This document shows, one piece after another, positions 1-9,063 of a stretch of 64,000 bases of DNA (positions within the stretch are counted from its first letter, which is position 1; the number at the start of each line of letters is the position of its first letter). Source of the DNA: an uncultured Mycoplasmatota bacterium (GTDB lineage: Bacteria; Bacillota_I; Bacilli_A; Mycoplasmatales; Mycoplasmoidaceae). The stretch covers positions 9,883 to 73,882 of the forward strand of contig CATEWF010000001.1 in the NCBI GenBank assembly GCA_949527715.1, read 5' to 3'. The position numbers and the translations under genes are program-made. The notes beneath the pieces were generated by a model. That model had not been told where the DNA came from. It worked only from the letters and a program-made list of their open reading frames with translations, and searched no databases.

Positions 1-4
1 TAAA

Positions 5-277
5 ATGACACATACATTAGTAGTTTTATATGATGGTTTCCAACATAATAAAGAATTGGAAATTAAACTAAATGTATTGGGTGATTCTTATATGATATGG
101 AAAAATACATATATCATTAAAACTGAATTTAATCCAAAAGAACTTTATGATAATTTAAAACGTAAAAGTTCTGATTATCGTAACATTTTCATTGCTGAAA
201 TTATTAATGAAGAAGATAGTGGCTACTATGGTTTTATGCAAAAAGAAGTATGGGATTGGCTAAAAGATAAACAATGA
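5..277 (+). CDS. hypothetical protein (90 aa)
   Basis: ATG ORF on the dominant coding strand; no motif recognised. Confidence 0.6.
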   Translation: MTHTLVVLYDGFQHNKELEIKLNVLGDSYMIWKNTYIIKTEFNPKELYDNLKRKSSDYRNIFIAEIINEEDSGYYGFMQKEVWDWLKDKQ

Positions 278-305
278 TGTTTTTAATATTATTTAATAAT
301 AAAAA

Positions 306-337
306 TTTGGATAATACGGAAATTATCGTTACCTTTG
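306..337 (+). promoter_or_regulatory. Bacteroidota-type promoter (-33 TTTG / -7 TAnnTTTG)
   Basis: TTTG 306-309, TAccTTTG 330-337, 20-nt spacer, followed by GCAtcGTCAAA; 29 nt upstream of ATG 366. Confidence 0.7.
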
Positions 338-365
338 CATCGTCAAACAAAAAATAATAGATAAT

Positions 366-659
366 ATGAAAGGAAAAGTACGAGTATTTAAACATTCTTT
401 TATGGGTATCAATGCCATAGATAAGGAGAATAAAGTTTGTTATTTGTTTAGAGGTAACAAATATCAAGTAGTCCCATTTTCTATAATAGAAGAAGTGTGT
501 CAGGAATATAAAGGAGTGAATGTTGTTTATAAACCTTATAATATCCTATGCTATCAGCAATATGTTAAAACTTCTAACTATGGTATAAAGGGAGAAGATG
601 TTAATAGAGAAGAATTTATTGAAAGTCTTAAAGATTATGAAAAAGTTGAATTAAAATAA
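366..659 (+). CDS. hypothetical protein (97 aa)
   Basis: ATG ORF directly downstream of promoter cassette. Confidence 0.65.
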   Translation: MKGKVRVFKHSFMGINAIDKENKVCYLFRGNKYQVVPFSIIEEVCQEYKGVNVVYKPYNILCYQQYVKTSNYGIKGEDVNREEFIESLKDYEKVELK

Positions 660-665
660 AAAAAT

Positions 666-962
666 ATGACATTACCAGTTTGTATCATAATTATTTGCAT
701 TATATTAATCATATTTTGCGGTTATCGCATACTTTATAGAGAAGAAGATAATAGAGAAGATAAAACTATTTCTCTTTTAAATATTATATTACTTACTATA
801 ATATTTACAATATCATTTTTAGATCTGCTTGCTATAAATTACCCAAAACCGACAGCCATAGATGTATATCGTGGAAAAACAGAATTAAATGTAACTAAAA
901 CATTTGCTAATGATAGTATTATTAAATGTGATAGTTCGGTAGTGTTTAAAACTTTAAAATAA
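666..962 (+). CDS. small membrane-anchored protein, paralog of 3287..3586
   Basis: N-terminal hydrophobic segments; C-terminal PTAIDVYRGKTELNVTK..DSIIKCDSSVVFK aligns with PTTLDVYNGKTTLQVTT..DSIVKTDTIVVFK of 3287..3586. Confidence 0.7.
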   Translation: MTLPVCIIIICIILIIFCGYRILYREEDNREDKTISLLNIILLTIIFTISFLDLLAINYPKPTAIDVYRGKTELNVTKTFANDSIIKCDSSVVFKTLK

Positions 963-969
963 TAGGATT

Positions 970-1107
970 ATGATGTACATTGCAGAAATACTTTCTATTA
1001 TATTTGCTATTATGTCCCTTATACTTGACGATGTTAGTTACGCTTGTCTGTTTTTATTGTGGGCAATTTTATTTCATCTTTACGATGATAAAAATAGAAA
1101 AGATTAA
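970..1107 (+). CDS. possible small membrane peptide (45 aa)
   Basis: ATGATG start, hydrophobic sequence, below ORF-track cutoff; hand translated. Confidence 0.35.
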   Translation: MMYIAEILSIIFAIMSLILDDVSYACLFLLWAILFHLYDDKNRKD

Positions 1108-1127
1108 CTTTTATTAATACCAAATAT

Positions 1128-1158
1128 TTTGTTGTTTCCTATTTTCTTTGTATCTTTG
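1128..1158 (+). promoter_or_regulatory. Bacteroidota-type promoter
   Basis: TTTG 1128-1131, TAtcTTTG 1151-1158, 19-nt spacer; inverted repeat TTTCCTATT/AATAGGAAA (about 1135-1173) brackets the -7 box. Confidence 0.6.
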
Positions 1159-1189
1159 CAATGAGAATAGGAAACTTGTTTTTTAATAT

Positions 1190-1816
1190 ATGGCAAAAAA
1201 TAATTCATTGTCTTATATAAGACGATATCTAAATACTTTTGAAAATGCGAAATGTAGTCGTGGTGTGAATAGTTCATATCACATTATTGATGATGTGCAT
1301 ATTAGGGTAAGTAACCATAATAAGAAAGTTACTAAGGACTATAATAAAAACGATATAGATATTGTATCTGCTATCAATAATGATAAATTTTATATTGTAT
1401 CAGTTAAAAATAGTTTAGGTAATATGATTTTGGATTTGAATGGTACAAAAGAATTTATCCGCAATTATATACTAATAAAGAAGTTAAATATCTACAATAA
1501 AACCGAAATTTTTAATGGTAGTGGAGAGAAGAAAAATGAAGAATTTGGTTTAACAAATAGTGATAAAATTTTTGAAGTTGATAGACACGCATTTGGAGAA
1601 TTTTTAACTAAAAAATATAAATGGTATACATATTTAACCGATGGAGCAAGAAAACAACTAAAAATGGCTCTTTTTAGTAAAAAAGATTTAACGATTGGAG
1701 GTTTAGATACTTTTTTAAATTCAAATTTAAATGAAATGGTTAAAAAGAAAATTCGTTTAAACAAAAAAATTGTAACAGAGGATATTATGAGTTGTTTTAA
1801 AATTGAAAGTAAATAA
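1190..1816 (+). CDS. hypothetical protein (208 aa)
   Basis: ATG ORF downstream of promoter; no motif recognised. Confidence 0.7.
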   Translation: MAKNNSLSYIRRYLNTFENAKCSRGVNSSYHIIDDVHIRVSNHNKKVTKDYNKNDIDIVSAINNDKFYIVSVKNSLGNMILDLNGTKEFIRNYILIKKLNIYNKTEIFNGSGEKKNEEFGLTNSDKIFEVDRHAFGEFLTKKYKWYTYLTDGARKQLKMALFSKKDLTIGGLDTFLNSNLNEMVKKKIRLNKKIVTEDIMSCFKIESK

Positions 1817-1822
1817 ATTAAT

Positions 1823-2005
1823 ATGAGAACAATTAAATAAGACGAATGGATAAAACTTAAAAGTTACCATTGTGATAAAGGAAAACATAAGTTTAGAATA
1901 AATGAATTTGGTATCACTTGGTGCGTAATATGTGGTTCTCTTGGAAATTATAATTCAATAAGTAAACCATTGGAAGAAGAAGATAAACTATTAATTAGCA
2001 AATAA
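1823..2005 (+). pseudogene. Cys/His zinc-ribbon-like ORF with an in-frame TAA after codon 5
   Basis: ATG 1823, TAA 1838-1840, then the same frame stays open to TAA 2003-2005 encoding ..HCDKGKHKFRINEFGITWCVICGS..; no in-frame ATG after the stop. Confidence 0.3.
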
Positions 2006-2099
2006 GTTATGGAAATAGGATATGTTATATTCATTTTGATTGTCCTTTATGGGGTATCTATGTATTATTTAAACAAATAACATTTATTAACTAAAAATA

Positions 2100-2131
2100 T
2101 TTGGTCATCTCAAATAATATTATTACCTTTG
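2100..2131 (+). promoter_or_regulatory. Bacteroidota-type promoter
   Basis: TTAAC upstream, TTTG 2100-2103, TAccTTTG 2124-2131, 20-nt spacer, GCAgTATCAAA downstream. Confidence 0.7.
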
Positions 2132-2174
2132 CAGTATCAAATTAAAAACAGAAACAATTTAAAGATATAAAGTT

Positions 2175-2843
2175 ATGAGATACTCAGTTAGAAAACATAG
2201 TTATAACGGAAATAATTGGGACACTTTTGACAAAGTAATGGAATATTTTGCCGAAAAGTATGTCAATGGTTCTATTGATGATGCTAAATGTTTCTTATAT
2301 GACTTTGGTGAATATCTTGAGGAAGAAACAAGATTTCCTTGTGATAGAATTGTTCTTAACATATTCAATGGGTATAATGATAGGTTTGATTTGATATTGC
2401 AGTATAATGGTGAAAAAATTGTATGGTTGCAGATTAAACTTGAAAAATATGGTTTGATTAACCTTTGTAATTTTAGATACGAAAATGAAGGTTTTAAAAA
2501 GACTTTTCATAATTGTATTGAACAATATATTGATTCAATCAATAATAATATCTTTAATGATTGGTTGCGTAAGTGCAAGGTTAAATCTGAAGGTGATAAC
2601 TCTATCAAACTTGTAAAATATGAAGATTATAAAGTGACTGATACAATACAGACTATTGTAGGCACTATTGAGCATATCTTTGATGTATATACTTCATTAA
2701 ACGATAGATTGCGTTATTGTAATGGTACTTATTGGAGATTTGTTGATAATAACATTGATAGTCTTTATCATATATTTGTTAAAAAATTCAAGGGAAATTA
2801 TTTTCTTATGAACGCAGTTAATCGTGGAGCATTGATTGACTAA
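2175..2843 (+). CDS. hypothetical protein (222 aa)
   Basis: ATG ORF downstream of promoter. Confidence 0.7.
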   Translation: MRYSVRKHSYNGNNWDTFDKVMEYFAEKYVNGSIDDAKCFLYDFGEYLEEETRFPCDRIVLNIFNGYNDRFDLILQYNGEKIVWLQIKLEKYGLINLCNFRYENEGFKKTFHNCIEQYIDSINNNIFNDWLRKCKVKSEGDNSIKLVKYEDYKVTDTIQTIVGTIEHIFDVYTSLNDRLRYCNGTYWRFVDNNIDSLYHIFVKKFKGNYFLMNAVNRGALID

Positions 2844-2872
2844 TTAGTAAAAAAATCTTAAAATATAAAAAT

Positions 2873-3229
2873 ATGCTTACAAAGGAAGAACTTGTTAAAA
2901 TCGGTGTCAATGTAGATAACTTAACATATCCGAATGGTGAAATGAATGTAATTGTTCAATGTTTTGGATTTAGCGAAGAAGATATTGAAAATAATGAACG
3001 CACAGAACTTTCACCTGATATTTATCATCCTCGTAAAAATAGTGTTTGGTGTTGTAGCTATAATGGCGATAATATTCCATTTGCTAATAAAGAAGAAAAA
3101 GAAGATTGGGTTAAACATCTTAAAGATTCTGCTGAAAGACTTAAAATTATGTCATACTATCTTTCAAAACAAGCAGAAGAAATTGAAAAATTTGGTTATC
3201 CTAAAACAAATTGTTATTATCCAGAGTAA
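2873..3229 (+). CDS. hypothetical protein (118 aa)
   Basis: ATG ORF, coding strand. Confidence 0.65.
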   Translation: MLTKEELVKIGVNVDNLTYPNGEMNVIVQCFGFSEEDIENNERTELSPDIYHPRKNSVWCCSYNGDNIPFANKEEKEDWVKHLKDSAERLKIMSYYLSKQAEEIEKFGYPKTNCYYPE

Positions 3230-3286
3230 TATTACTTTATTTAATATATTTGTGATTGACTAAAAAAAAATGAATAATAAATTAAT

Positions 3287-3586
3287 ATGGAAACAGGATT
3301 AATTGTAATTATAATTGCTTTAGTAGCAACAGCATTAGGAACTGCCATTGGTTTTTCTTGCGAAGATAAAACTTATGGATGGATTAGTTTAGTATTATTA
3401 GCAATAAATTGTTTTTCTTTAACAACGTATCTTCGTAATAAAGATAATGAAATAAAAGAAGAGACTACTTCGTCAGTTCCTACGACACTTGATGTTTATA
3501 ATGGTAAAACTACCTTACAAGTTACTACTATTATGGAAGGTGACTCAATAGTAAAAACTGATACTATTGTGGTTTTTAAAAAGTAA
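3287..3586 (+). CDS. small membrane-anchored protein, paralog of 666..962
   Basis: Two N-terminal hydrophobic segments plus the conserved C-terminal domain shared with 666..962. Confidence 0.7.
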   Translation: METGLIVIIIALVATALGTAIGFSCEDKTYGWISLVLLAINCFSLTTYLRNKDNEIKEETTSSVPTTLDVYNGKTTLQVTTIMEGDSIVKTDTIVVFKK

Positions 3587-3590
3587 ATTG

Positions 3591-3857
3591 ATGAGTAAAA
3601 AAGTTAAACATAAATGTACTACATTTAGCCATATTGATGAAGATGGTAACATAGTCGAAAAAAATAAAATATGTTATGATACAGATAAAGAAGCGATTGA
3701 AGCCGCTAGACGAGTTAATCTAAAAGAAAAAACTATACATAAGATGGTCGCTTATAAATGTGATGTGTGTCATAAATGGCATATAGGAAAAAGCAAACGT
3801 ATTTTAACAGAAAAAGATAGAGAACATTACAAAAATGTAAAATCAAAACTTATATAA
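3591..3857 (+). CDS. zinc-ribbon protein (88 aa), paralog of the N-terminus of 20429..21133
   Basis: ATG at 3591 preferred over the track start 3567; ..AYKCDVCHKWHIGKS resembles ..AYFCQSCCGWHITSK in 20429..21133. Confidence 0.6.
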   Translation: MSKKVKHKCTTFSHIDEDGNIVEKNKICYDTDKEAIEAARRVNLKEKTIHKMVAYKCDVCHKWHIGKSKRILTEKDREHYKNVKSKLI

Positions 3858-4060
3858 TGAACAAACGTAGTTTTAAGAAGAAAAATAAAGATAACTTTTA
3901 TAATCTTTATTATTTTAAGCAATATCTTGAATGGCTTAATTTATATAAGAGAGAAAAGCAGATGATAAGACTGCAAAAACAAGGAAGATATAAAGATAGA
4001 CTTTTCTTTATTGGGATAACTGAATATTATATACAATGGTGGAAAAATAAAATTAATTAA
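3857..4060 (+). CDS. hypothetical protein (67 aa)
   Basis: ATG overlaps the previous stop (TAATG), suggesting translational coupling. Confidence 0.5.
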   Translation: MNKRSFKKKNKDNFYNLYYFKQYLEWLNLYKREKQMIRLQKQGRYKDRLFFIGITEYYIQWWKNKIN

Positions 4061-4063
4061 TAT

Positions 4064-4468
4064 ATGTGTTCGTTTATTAAAAATATTATTAGTTTATTTA
4101 GAAAGAAAGATAAATGTAATACCTATAATATAGTATCTCGCCCTAAAAATAATATTAAAGATATTATTAATAAGATTAAAAAGGAACGAGAAAGACTATA
4201 TAAATTGGATTGGATGGAAGATGACTATTGCCGAATTAGTGAATGGGAATGGAGAAATATTGAGAGAAGTTTACATAAAATAGAAGATGGTAAATATTCT
4301 CTTGGTGGACATACTTTTAAAGTAGTTAATAATGAGAATGATGATACTTTGGAAGTTAGATATGAGGGTGGAATGACAGGTTATAGAAGGGGTGATATAA
4401 GTGAGGAAGAAGCAGTAATTAAGGTTTATTTAAGTATGTTAGATACTTCACACTATTTCCTATCTTAA
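4064..4468 (+). CDS. hypothetical protein (134 aa)
   Basis: ATG ORF, coding strand. Confidence 0.65.
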   Translation: MCSFIKNIISLFRKKDKCNTYNIVSRPKNNIKDIINKIKKERERLYKLDWMEDDYCRISEWEWRNIERSLHKIEDGKYSLGGHTFKVVNNENDDTLEVRYEGGMTGYRRGDISEEEAVIKVYLSMLDTSHYFLS

Positions 4469-4485
4469 AAATTAAATTAATTAAT

Positions 4486-5013
4486 ATGGGTGTTTTTATT
4501 AAGGCAGTTAAGCCATTAGATTTATTGATAGAAACTGAAAAGAATAATATCAATTTTGAACGATTGAATAATGCAGAAGAAACAACAGGTAATGATACAA
4601 TTATTGTTTTTTCGTTAGATTTTAGTCCATTGGAACATCTAACCAAATTCAAGTATGGTTTGTATGTAGAGGGTGAACATGGCGAAAATGATTGCAGTAT
4701 GGCATATAGCACTTATAATGCTTTTCGTGCTTCCATTTGTAAAATGGTAACTAACGAAGAATATAATGATTATTGCCGTAAAATTATGATGAATGAGATA
4801 GATTCATCAGAGCCATTTGTGGAATTTTTTTGGTTTGCCGATAATGAGGGTTGTTTCGATTATGCAGTTGCAGAAAAACTATATAAAGATTTTGAAAAAT
4901 ATTATAATACAGCATCTGAAATGCTTGATAGTCATTTTTTCAATTATTATAAATCTTATATGGCAGTCCTAAAAGATTGTATTGAATTAAAAGGGGTAGT
5001 TGAATATAGATAA
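4486..5013 (+). CDS. hypothetical protein (175 aa)
   Basis: ATG ORF, coding strand. Confidence 0.7.
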   Translation: MGVFIKAVKPLDLLIETEKNNINFERLNNAEETTGNDTIIVFSLDFSPLEHLTKFKYGLYVEGEHGENDCSMAYSTYNAFRASICKMVTNEEYNDYCRKIMMNEIDSSEPFVEFFWFADNEGCFDYAVAEKLYKDFEKYYNTASEMLDSHFFNYYKSYMAVLKDCIELKGVVEYR

Positions 5014-5042
5014 ATCGTTTTTACATTTATTAACTGAAATAA

Positions 5043-5074
5043 TTTGGTAGTGAATAAAAAATTCACTACCTTTG
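5043..5074 (+). promoter_or_regulatory. Bacteroidota-type promoter with embedded 10-bp hairpin
   Basis: TTTG 5043-5046, TAccTTTG 5067-5074, 20-nt spacer; GGTAGTGAAT(aaaaa)ATTCACTACC hairpin fills the spacer. Confidence 0.65.
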
Positions 5075-5205
5075 TCTTATAATTAAGAGATAATAAATTA
5101 TGAGGTATAAAACTATATTAAAGCATTTAAATAAGGCTTTTAAAAAAGCATTGGGGTGAAATATGTAAAGAATTTAAGTATTTATTCTCCAATAAAAAGT
5201 TTTTA

Positions 5206-5547
5206 ATGTGGAGTTTAATAGTAGGTATATTATCAATAATAACATATAATTATCCTGCTGAAGTTTTTATATTCCTAATAATATCTTGTTTGTTGATATT
5301 AACAATGTGTTTTATGTTTGGTGTTTTTATATGCGTACCTATTATGTTTACTATTTATGTCTTTACATCAATGTGTGTAGATATATGTAAAACAAAGGTA
5401 TATAAACAAATACCTTATATTATAAATTCTTTGATTGCAATATCTAGTATAGGAATAGGTGTAGGGTTTATTTATTATGTAATTAACATTGTTAAGTGGT
5501 ATTGGAATACTTTTGGGCTATCTAATTTAGTGATGAATATTTTTTAA
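5206..5547 (+). CDS. multi-pass membrane protein (113 aa)
   Basis: Almost entirely hydrophobic segments. Confidence 0.6.
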   Translation: MWSLIVGILSIITYNYPAEVFIFLIISCLLILTMCFMFGVFICVPIMFTIYVFTSMCVDICKTKVYKQIPYIINSLIAISSIGIGVGFIYYVINIVKWYWNTFGLSNLVMNIF

Positions 5548-5565
5548 TTTAAAATAAGAAATATA

Positions 5566-6096
5566 ATGAAGAAAGAAATGTTACCATACAGCCATTTAGT
5601 CCTTTATGCAAAAGGTTGGCTTAGATTTCCGTGGATTAAAGAAACTGATTATTATAGGGAATTAAAGGTTGTATTGAATATGTGTGGTTATTGTGTAACT
5701 ACAGAAGAAGATGTATTAAACCATATTCTTAATGCTGTTGATAACTTAAAAGAATTTTATTCTAAAAGAGGAATTAGTTTTATATGGGGATTAAATACCT
5801 ATTTGGAATTAATAAGTGAAGCAAAAAAGTATCAGAGAATTTATGATATTAAAACATTTGAATTAGCATTAATACTTCATTGTATTTCTTGTTTAAGACA
5901 AATTGATTTACATAAACTTAATTGCCTTGTTTATAACATTGATTATAGGGTATATAGGGTTAAGTTAGAAACTTCAAAAGAAGCAATGACATATAAAGAG
6001 TGTCAAAAACATTTCTTTAAAAGTTTTAGTGATATGTTGTCGGGACAATCATACGATGAACAATGGTGGATTAAAAATTTAAAATCAATTCGTTAA
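5566..6096 (+). CDS. hypothetical protein (176 aa)
   Basis: ATG ORF, coding strand. Confidence 0.7.
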   Translation: MKKEMLPYSHLVLYAKGWLRFPWIKETDYYRELKVVLNMCGYCVTTEEDVLNHILNAVDNLKEFYSKRGISFIWGLNTYLELISEAKKYQRIYDIKTFELALILHCISCLRQIDLHKLNCLVYNIDYRVYRVKLETSKEAMTYKECQKHFFKSFSDMLSGQSYDEQWWIKNLKSIR

Positions 6097-6099
6097 AAT

Positions 6100-6693
6100 A
6101 TGAATTTTTTTATTATAACAGATTATTCTTTTAATGTTAAGGAACGTATTACGCCAGCGTTATTTGGTGTGAATTTTCTTTATGAGGTCAATGAAGTAAA
6201 GGTTAGAGATTACCTAAATAAAAGTGCTGATATATTAAAGAAACGAAATAAAGATTTCAATGTTGAAAGTACATTGAAATTTATTAAAGAAAATGTTTCT
6301 TATGTATTATCACACGATTATACAAAACATATAATTGATGTTCCCGAATTATCATATAGAATTATATGTATTGATAGCAAAGAGAGTGAAACACTATATT
6401 TTGAAGATGAAATAAATAAAGAAGATTATTTAGTATATTTTACTTCAAATTGCGGTTATAACATTATTGGTAATGATGTTCTTGTTAGTGGTGCTGTATT
6501 ATCTGCTTTTATTGACGATGGTGTATGTGAATGGAAAGTAGAAAATATGCCATACGTTAAAATTATTGATTGTTTTGATGATATAGAAGAATTAATTGAG
6601 TTAGTTTATTTCAATAATGATAAGAAATATATTAAGGTAGTTAGTGAAGATAAATTTGGAGAATTATTTCTACTTAAAAATTATGTTCATTAA
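6100..6693 (+). CDS. hypothetical protein (197 aa)
   Basis: ATG ORF 4 nt after the previous stop. Confidence 0.7.
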   Translation: MNFFIITDYSFNVKERITPALFGVNFLYEVNEVKVRDYLNKSADILKKRNKDFNVESTLKFIKENVSYVLSHDYTKHIIDVPELSYRIICIDSKESETLYFEDEINKEDYLVYFTSNCGYNIIGNDVLVSGAVLSAFIDDGVCEWKVENMPYVKIIDCFDDIEELIELVYFNNDKKYIKVVSEDKFGELFLLKNYVH

Positions 6694-6724
6694 AAATGAT
6701 ATTAGTATTCTTTAACAAAAATAA

Positions 6725-6756
6725 TTTGGTACTTTAAAATAAAAGTGATACCTTTG
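6725..6756 (+). promoter_or_regulatory. Bacteroidota-type promoter
   Basis: TTTAAC upstream, TTTG 6725-6728, TAccTTTG 6749-6756, 20-nt spacer, GCActATCAAA downstream. Confidence 0.7.
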
Positions 6757-6784
6757 CACTATCAAAATTAAAAGATAAAACAAT

Positions 6785-7195
6785 ATGGAAAAAAGATTTT
6801 TTAAAATCATTAGCAACAAAATTGATTCAATCAATAATGATATCGCAAATCTTCGTGAAGATATTAGTAAGGAACAAGACACTATTATGTTTGTAAAGAA
6901 CCTTCAAATGAATACCGAAGAAGTGTTTGAATTGTGTCGTTATTTGGACTTGCTGACACGTTTGAAGGTATATGTTGAAAATTATATCAGTAGAGAAGAA
7001 AATAAGGATTATAATATCATTATGGTGTTGGAACAAGCAAAAAACCGATATATGAATGACATGTTAAATCTTAAAGTTAATGCTTCTACTAGTAGTGTAA
7101 TGTATAATCTACACGAGATGTGCCGAATGACAGCATATCAGAAGTTAATTAAGTTTATTAATCAACTGATTAGAACTTTAACATCAATTAACTAA
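6785..7195 (+). CDS. hypothetical protein (136 aa)
   Basis: ATG ORF downstream of promoter. Confidence 0.7.
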   Translation: MEKRFFKIISNKIDSINNDIANLREDISKEQDTIMFVKNLQMNTEEVFELCRYLDLLTRLKVYVENYISREENKDYNIIMVLEQAKNRYMNDMLNLKVNASTSSVMYNLHEMCRMTAYQKLIKFINQLIRTLTSIN

Positions 7196-7200
7196 AAACA

Positions 7201-7232
7201 TTTGGATAATTCATATATTCTTACTATCTTTG
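7201..7232 (+). promoter_or_regulatory. Bacteroidota-type promoter
   Basis: TTTG 7201-7204, TAtcTTTG 7225-7232, 20-nt spacer, GCActATCAAA downstream. Confidence 0.7.
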
Positions 7233-7248
7233 CACTATCAAATAAAAT

Positions 7249-7509
7249 ATGAACAATATGAAAGGAATTAAAACTAAATTGTTGAAGATGCTACCTAATA
7301 ACAAGTATGTATCATTCAAGAATAGTCATAGTTTTTCTATTGATGAAGTAACATATCTGTTATGGGGTATTGAAAGAGAAGGTAAGAACATTTGGGTTGA
7401 TATGGAAGATGATAGCGGATTTATGAGCGGAAGGTATTATTATCCTTTTGTTGATATTGATGAGAGATTATATCCATATATTATGAAGTATCTTGAAAAT
7501 GTAAAATAA
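7249..7509 (+). CDS. hypothetical protein (86 aa)
   Basis: ATG ORF downstream of promoter. Confidence 0.65.
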   Translation: MNNMKGIKTKLLKMLPNNKYVSFKNSHSFSIDEVTYLLWGIEREGKNIWVDMEDDSGFMSGRYYYPFVDIDERLYPYIMKYLENVK

Positions 7510-7529
7510 AAATATGAATAAAAAAAGCA

Positions 7530-7805
7530 TTGATTACTAAGATTAATAATCTTTATAACAAGTTTATTACAGAACGTGGTCATGAACCATTTTATGTAGA
7601 ATGTAATGTAAAGTTTAAAGATGATGATGAGATAGAGGAAGGTGTAATCATTTCTTTCAAGGATTTTAATCCTGATACAGATGAATTTATCTTTTATTAT
7701 TGTGAAGATATAAACGATTTGGTTTATATGACTTCAGAAGAATGTGAAAGTGATTTCTATATCGTTGATGTTGTTGAATTTCTCGGCACAATACATAATG
7801 CTTAA
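7530..7805 (+). CDS. hypothetical acidic protein (91 aa as drawn; start uncertain)
   Basis: The frame has only a TTG start at 7530; an ATG at 7514 is out of frame by one base across an A7 run (7520-7526). Confidence 0.55.
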   Translation: MITKINNLYNKFITERGHEPFYVECNVKFKDDDEIEEGVIISFKDFNPDTDEFIFYYCEDINDLVYMTSEECESDFYIVDVVEFLGTIHNA

Positions 7806-7824
7806 CATTCTTTAACTAAATAAA

Positions 7825-7856
7825 TTTGCTCATTATAAATAAATTCACTACCTTTG
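7825..7856 (+). promoter_or_regulatory. Bacteroidota-type promoter
   Basis: TTTAAC upstream, TTTG 7825-7828, TAccTTTG 7849-7856, 20-nt spacer. Confidence 0.7.
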
Positions 7857-7881
7857 TAGTATCAAAATAAAACAATAGAAT

Positions 7882-8472
7882 ATGGAAAAGAAAATTTATC
7901 AAATTGAGGTGCTTAAAGCAACAAAGCAGGAATTGGTTGATAATATCATACCTGATGGTCTTTATTCATTTGATGTTTTTGAAACAAAGGAAGAAGCCGA
8001 GAAATGGATGAGCGTTTATGGATATGGTAGCGGTGTCATTGATTACAAAATAGTTGAATATAACGAAAGTGATATTGAAGACTATAATATCGTAACCGCT
8101 CCGACCGAAGATGATATTTGTGATGAGTGGTGTCCTCATTGTGGAAGTGAAGTTCAACTGAAATGTGAATTTAAAGTACAAAGATGCCCTGAATGTGGAA
8201 AACTGATTGTGCCTTGTAATCTTTGTAATCACGATTTATGCGATTGTTCTAAGTGCAAACTAAATAAGCGTTGTTCTTCAAGCAATAAATGTATTGATGT
8301 GCAGTTAAAGGGAAAATATAAACTTGTTATTTATGAATTTTCTTATGGTTTAAGGGGAGATTTATATGAAATGATTGAACCTAATAAGTATGTAAAGACA
8401 AGTTCCGCAAAATTCTATAATAGTGATTGTGATGCAACTGAATATCGTGTAAAAGAATATTTTGGTTTTTAA
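7882..8472 (+). CDS. Cys-rich zinc-ribbon protein (196 aa)
   Basis: CPHCGS..(n)..CPECGK..CNLCNHDLCDCSKC cluster in the central part. Confidence 0.65.
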   Translation: MEKKIYQIEVLKATKQELVDNIIPDGLYSFDVFETKEEAEKWMSVYGYGSGVIDYKIVEYNESDIEDYNIVTAPTEDDICDEWCPHCGSEVQLKCEFKVQRCPECGKLIVPCNLCNHDLCDCSKCKLNKRCSSSNKCIDVQLKGKYKLVIYEFSYGLRGDLYEMIEPNKYVKTSSAKFYNSDCDATEYRVKEYFGF

Positions 8473-8492
8473 CCATATTTAACTAAAAAATA

Positions 8493-8524
8493 TTTGGTGG
8501 TTTAAGAAATTATTCTTATTTTTG
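8493..8524 (+). promoter_or_regulatory. Bacteroidota-type promoter
   Basis: TTTAAC upstream, TTTG 8493-8496, TAttTTTG 8517-8524, 20-nt spacer, GCAatATCAAA downstream. Confidence 0.7.
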
Positions 8525-8551
8525 CAATATCAAATCAAAAATAATATAACA

Positions 8552-9007
8552 ATGAAAGTATCTTTTTCAAAAATTACATTTGAGCAATTTATCAAACTTC
8601 TTGGTACAATGAATAACGCAGAATTCTGTAATTTTATTAATTGTTTGATGGAAGTCTGCCAAACTGACTACACTTTGTTTAATAATAACAAAATGTTTAA
8701 TGGTAAACACGAATGGGAATGTTATTTCATAGACGATGATGGTACTTTGTTTGATGAAAGTATGTCAAAAATCATTGATAAGTTAAACAAGTTCAAGAAT
8801 GACTATGATTTTTCCCTATTGACAGATAAAAATGAAATTATTTTTTATAAGAATGATAATTTCAAAAAAGAAATAATGGAACTTCCTATTATTAAAAAGT
8901 GTTTTGAAGATAAAGATGCTTGGGCAAATGAAAAACATACGACTGGTTATAGTTGTGATTGTTATCAGTATATAATGGAATATTGCGATATATCTGTTTT
9001 ATTTTAG
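8552..9007 (+). CDS. hypothetical protein (151 aa)
   Basis: ATG at 8552 preferred; the track start 8522 is a TTG lying inside the promoter. Confidence 0.65.
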   Translation: MKVSFSKITFEQFIKLLGTMNNAEFCNFINCLMEVCQTDYTLFNNNKMFNGKHEWECYFIDDDGTLFDESMSKIIDKLNKFKNDYDFSLLTDKNEIIFYKNDNFKKEIMELPIIKKCFEDKDAWANEKHTTGYSCDCYQYIMEYCDISVLF

Positions 9008-9031
9008 TTATTTGTTTTTTTAAATTTTTTA

Positions 9032-9063
9032 ACGTGGAATATTTGGTTATTCCACGTTTTTTT
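9032..9063 (+). terminator. intrinsic terminator hairpin whose loop carries the next -33 box
   Basis: ACGTGGAAT (9032-9040) pairs with ATTCCACGT (9049-9057), followed by a T7 run. Confidence 0.7.
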
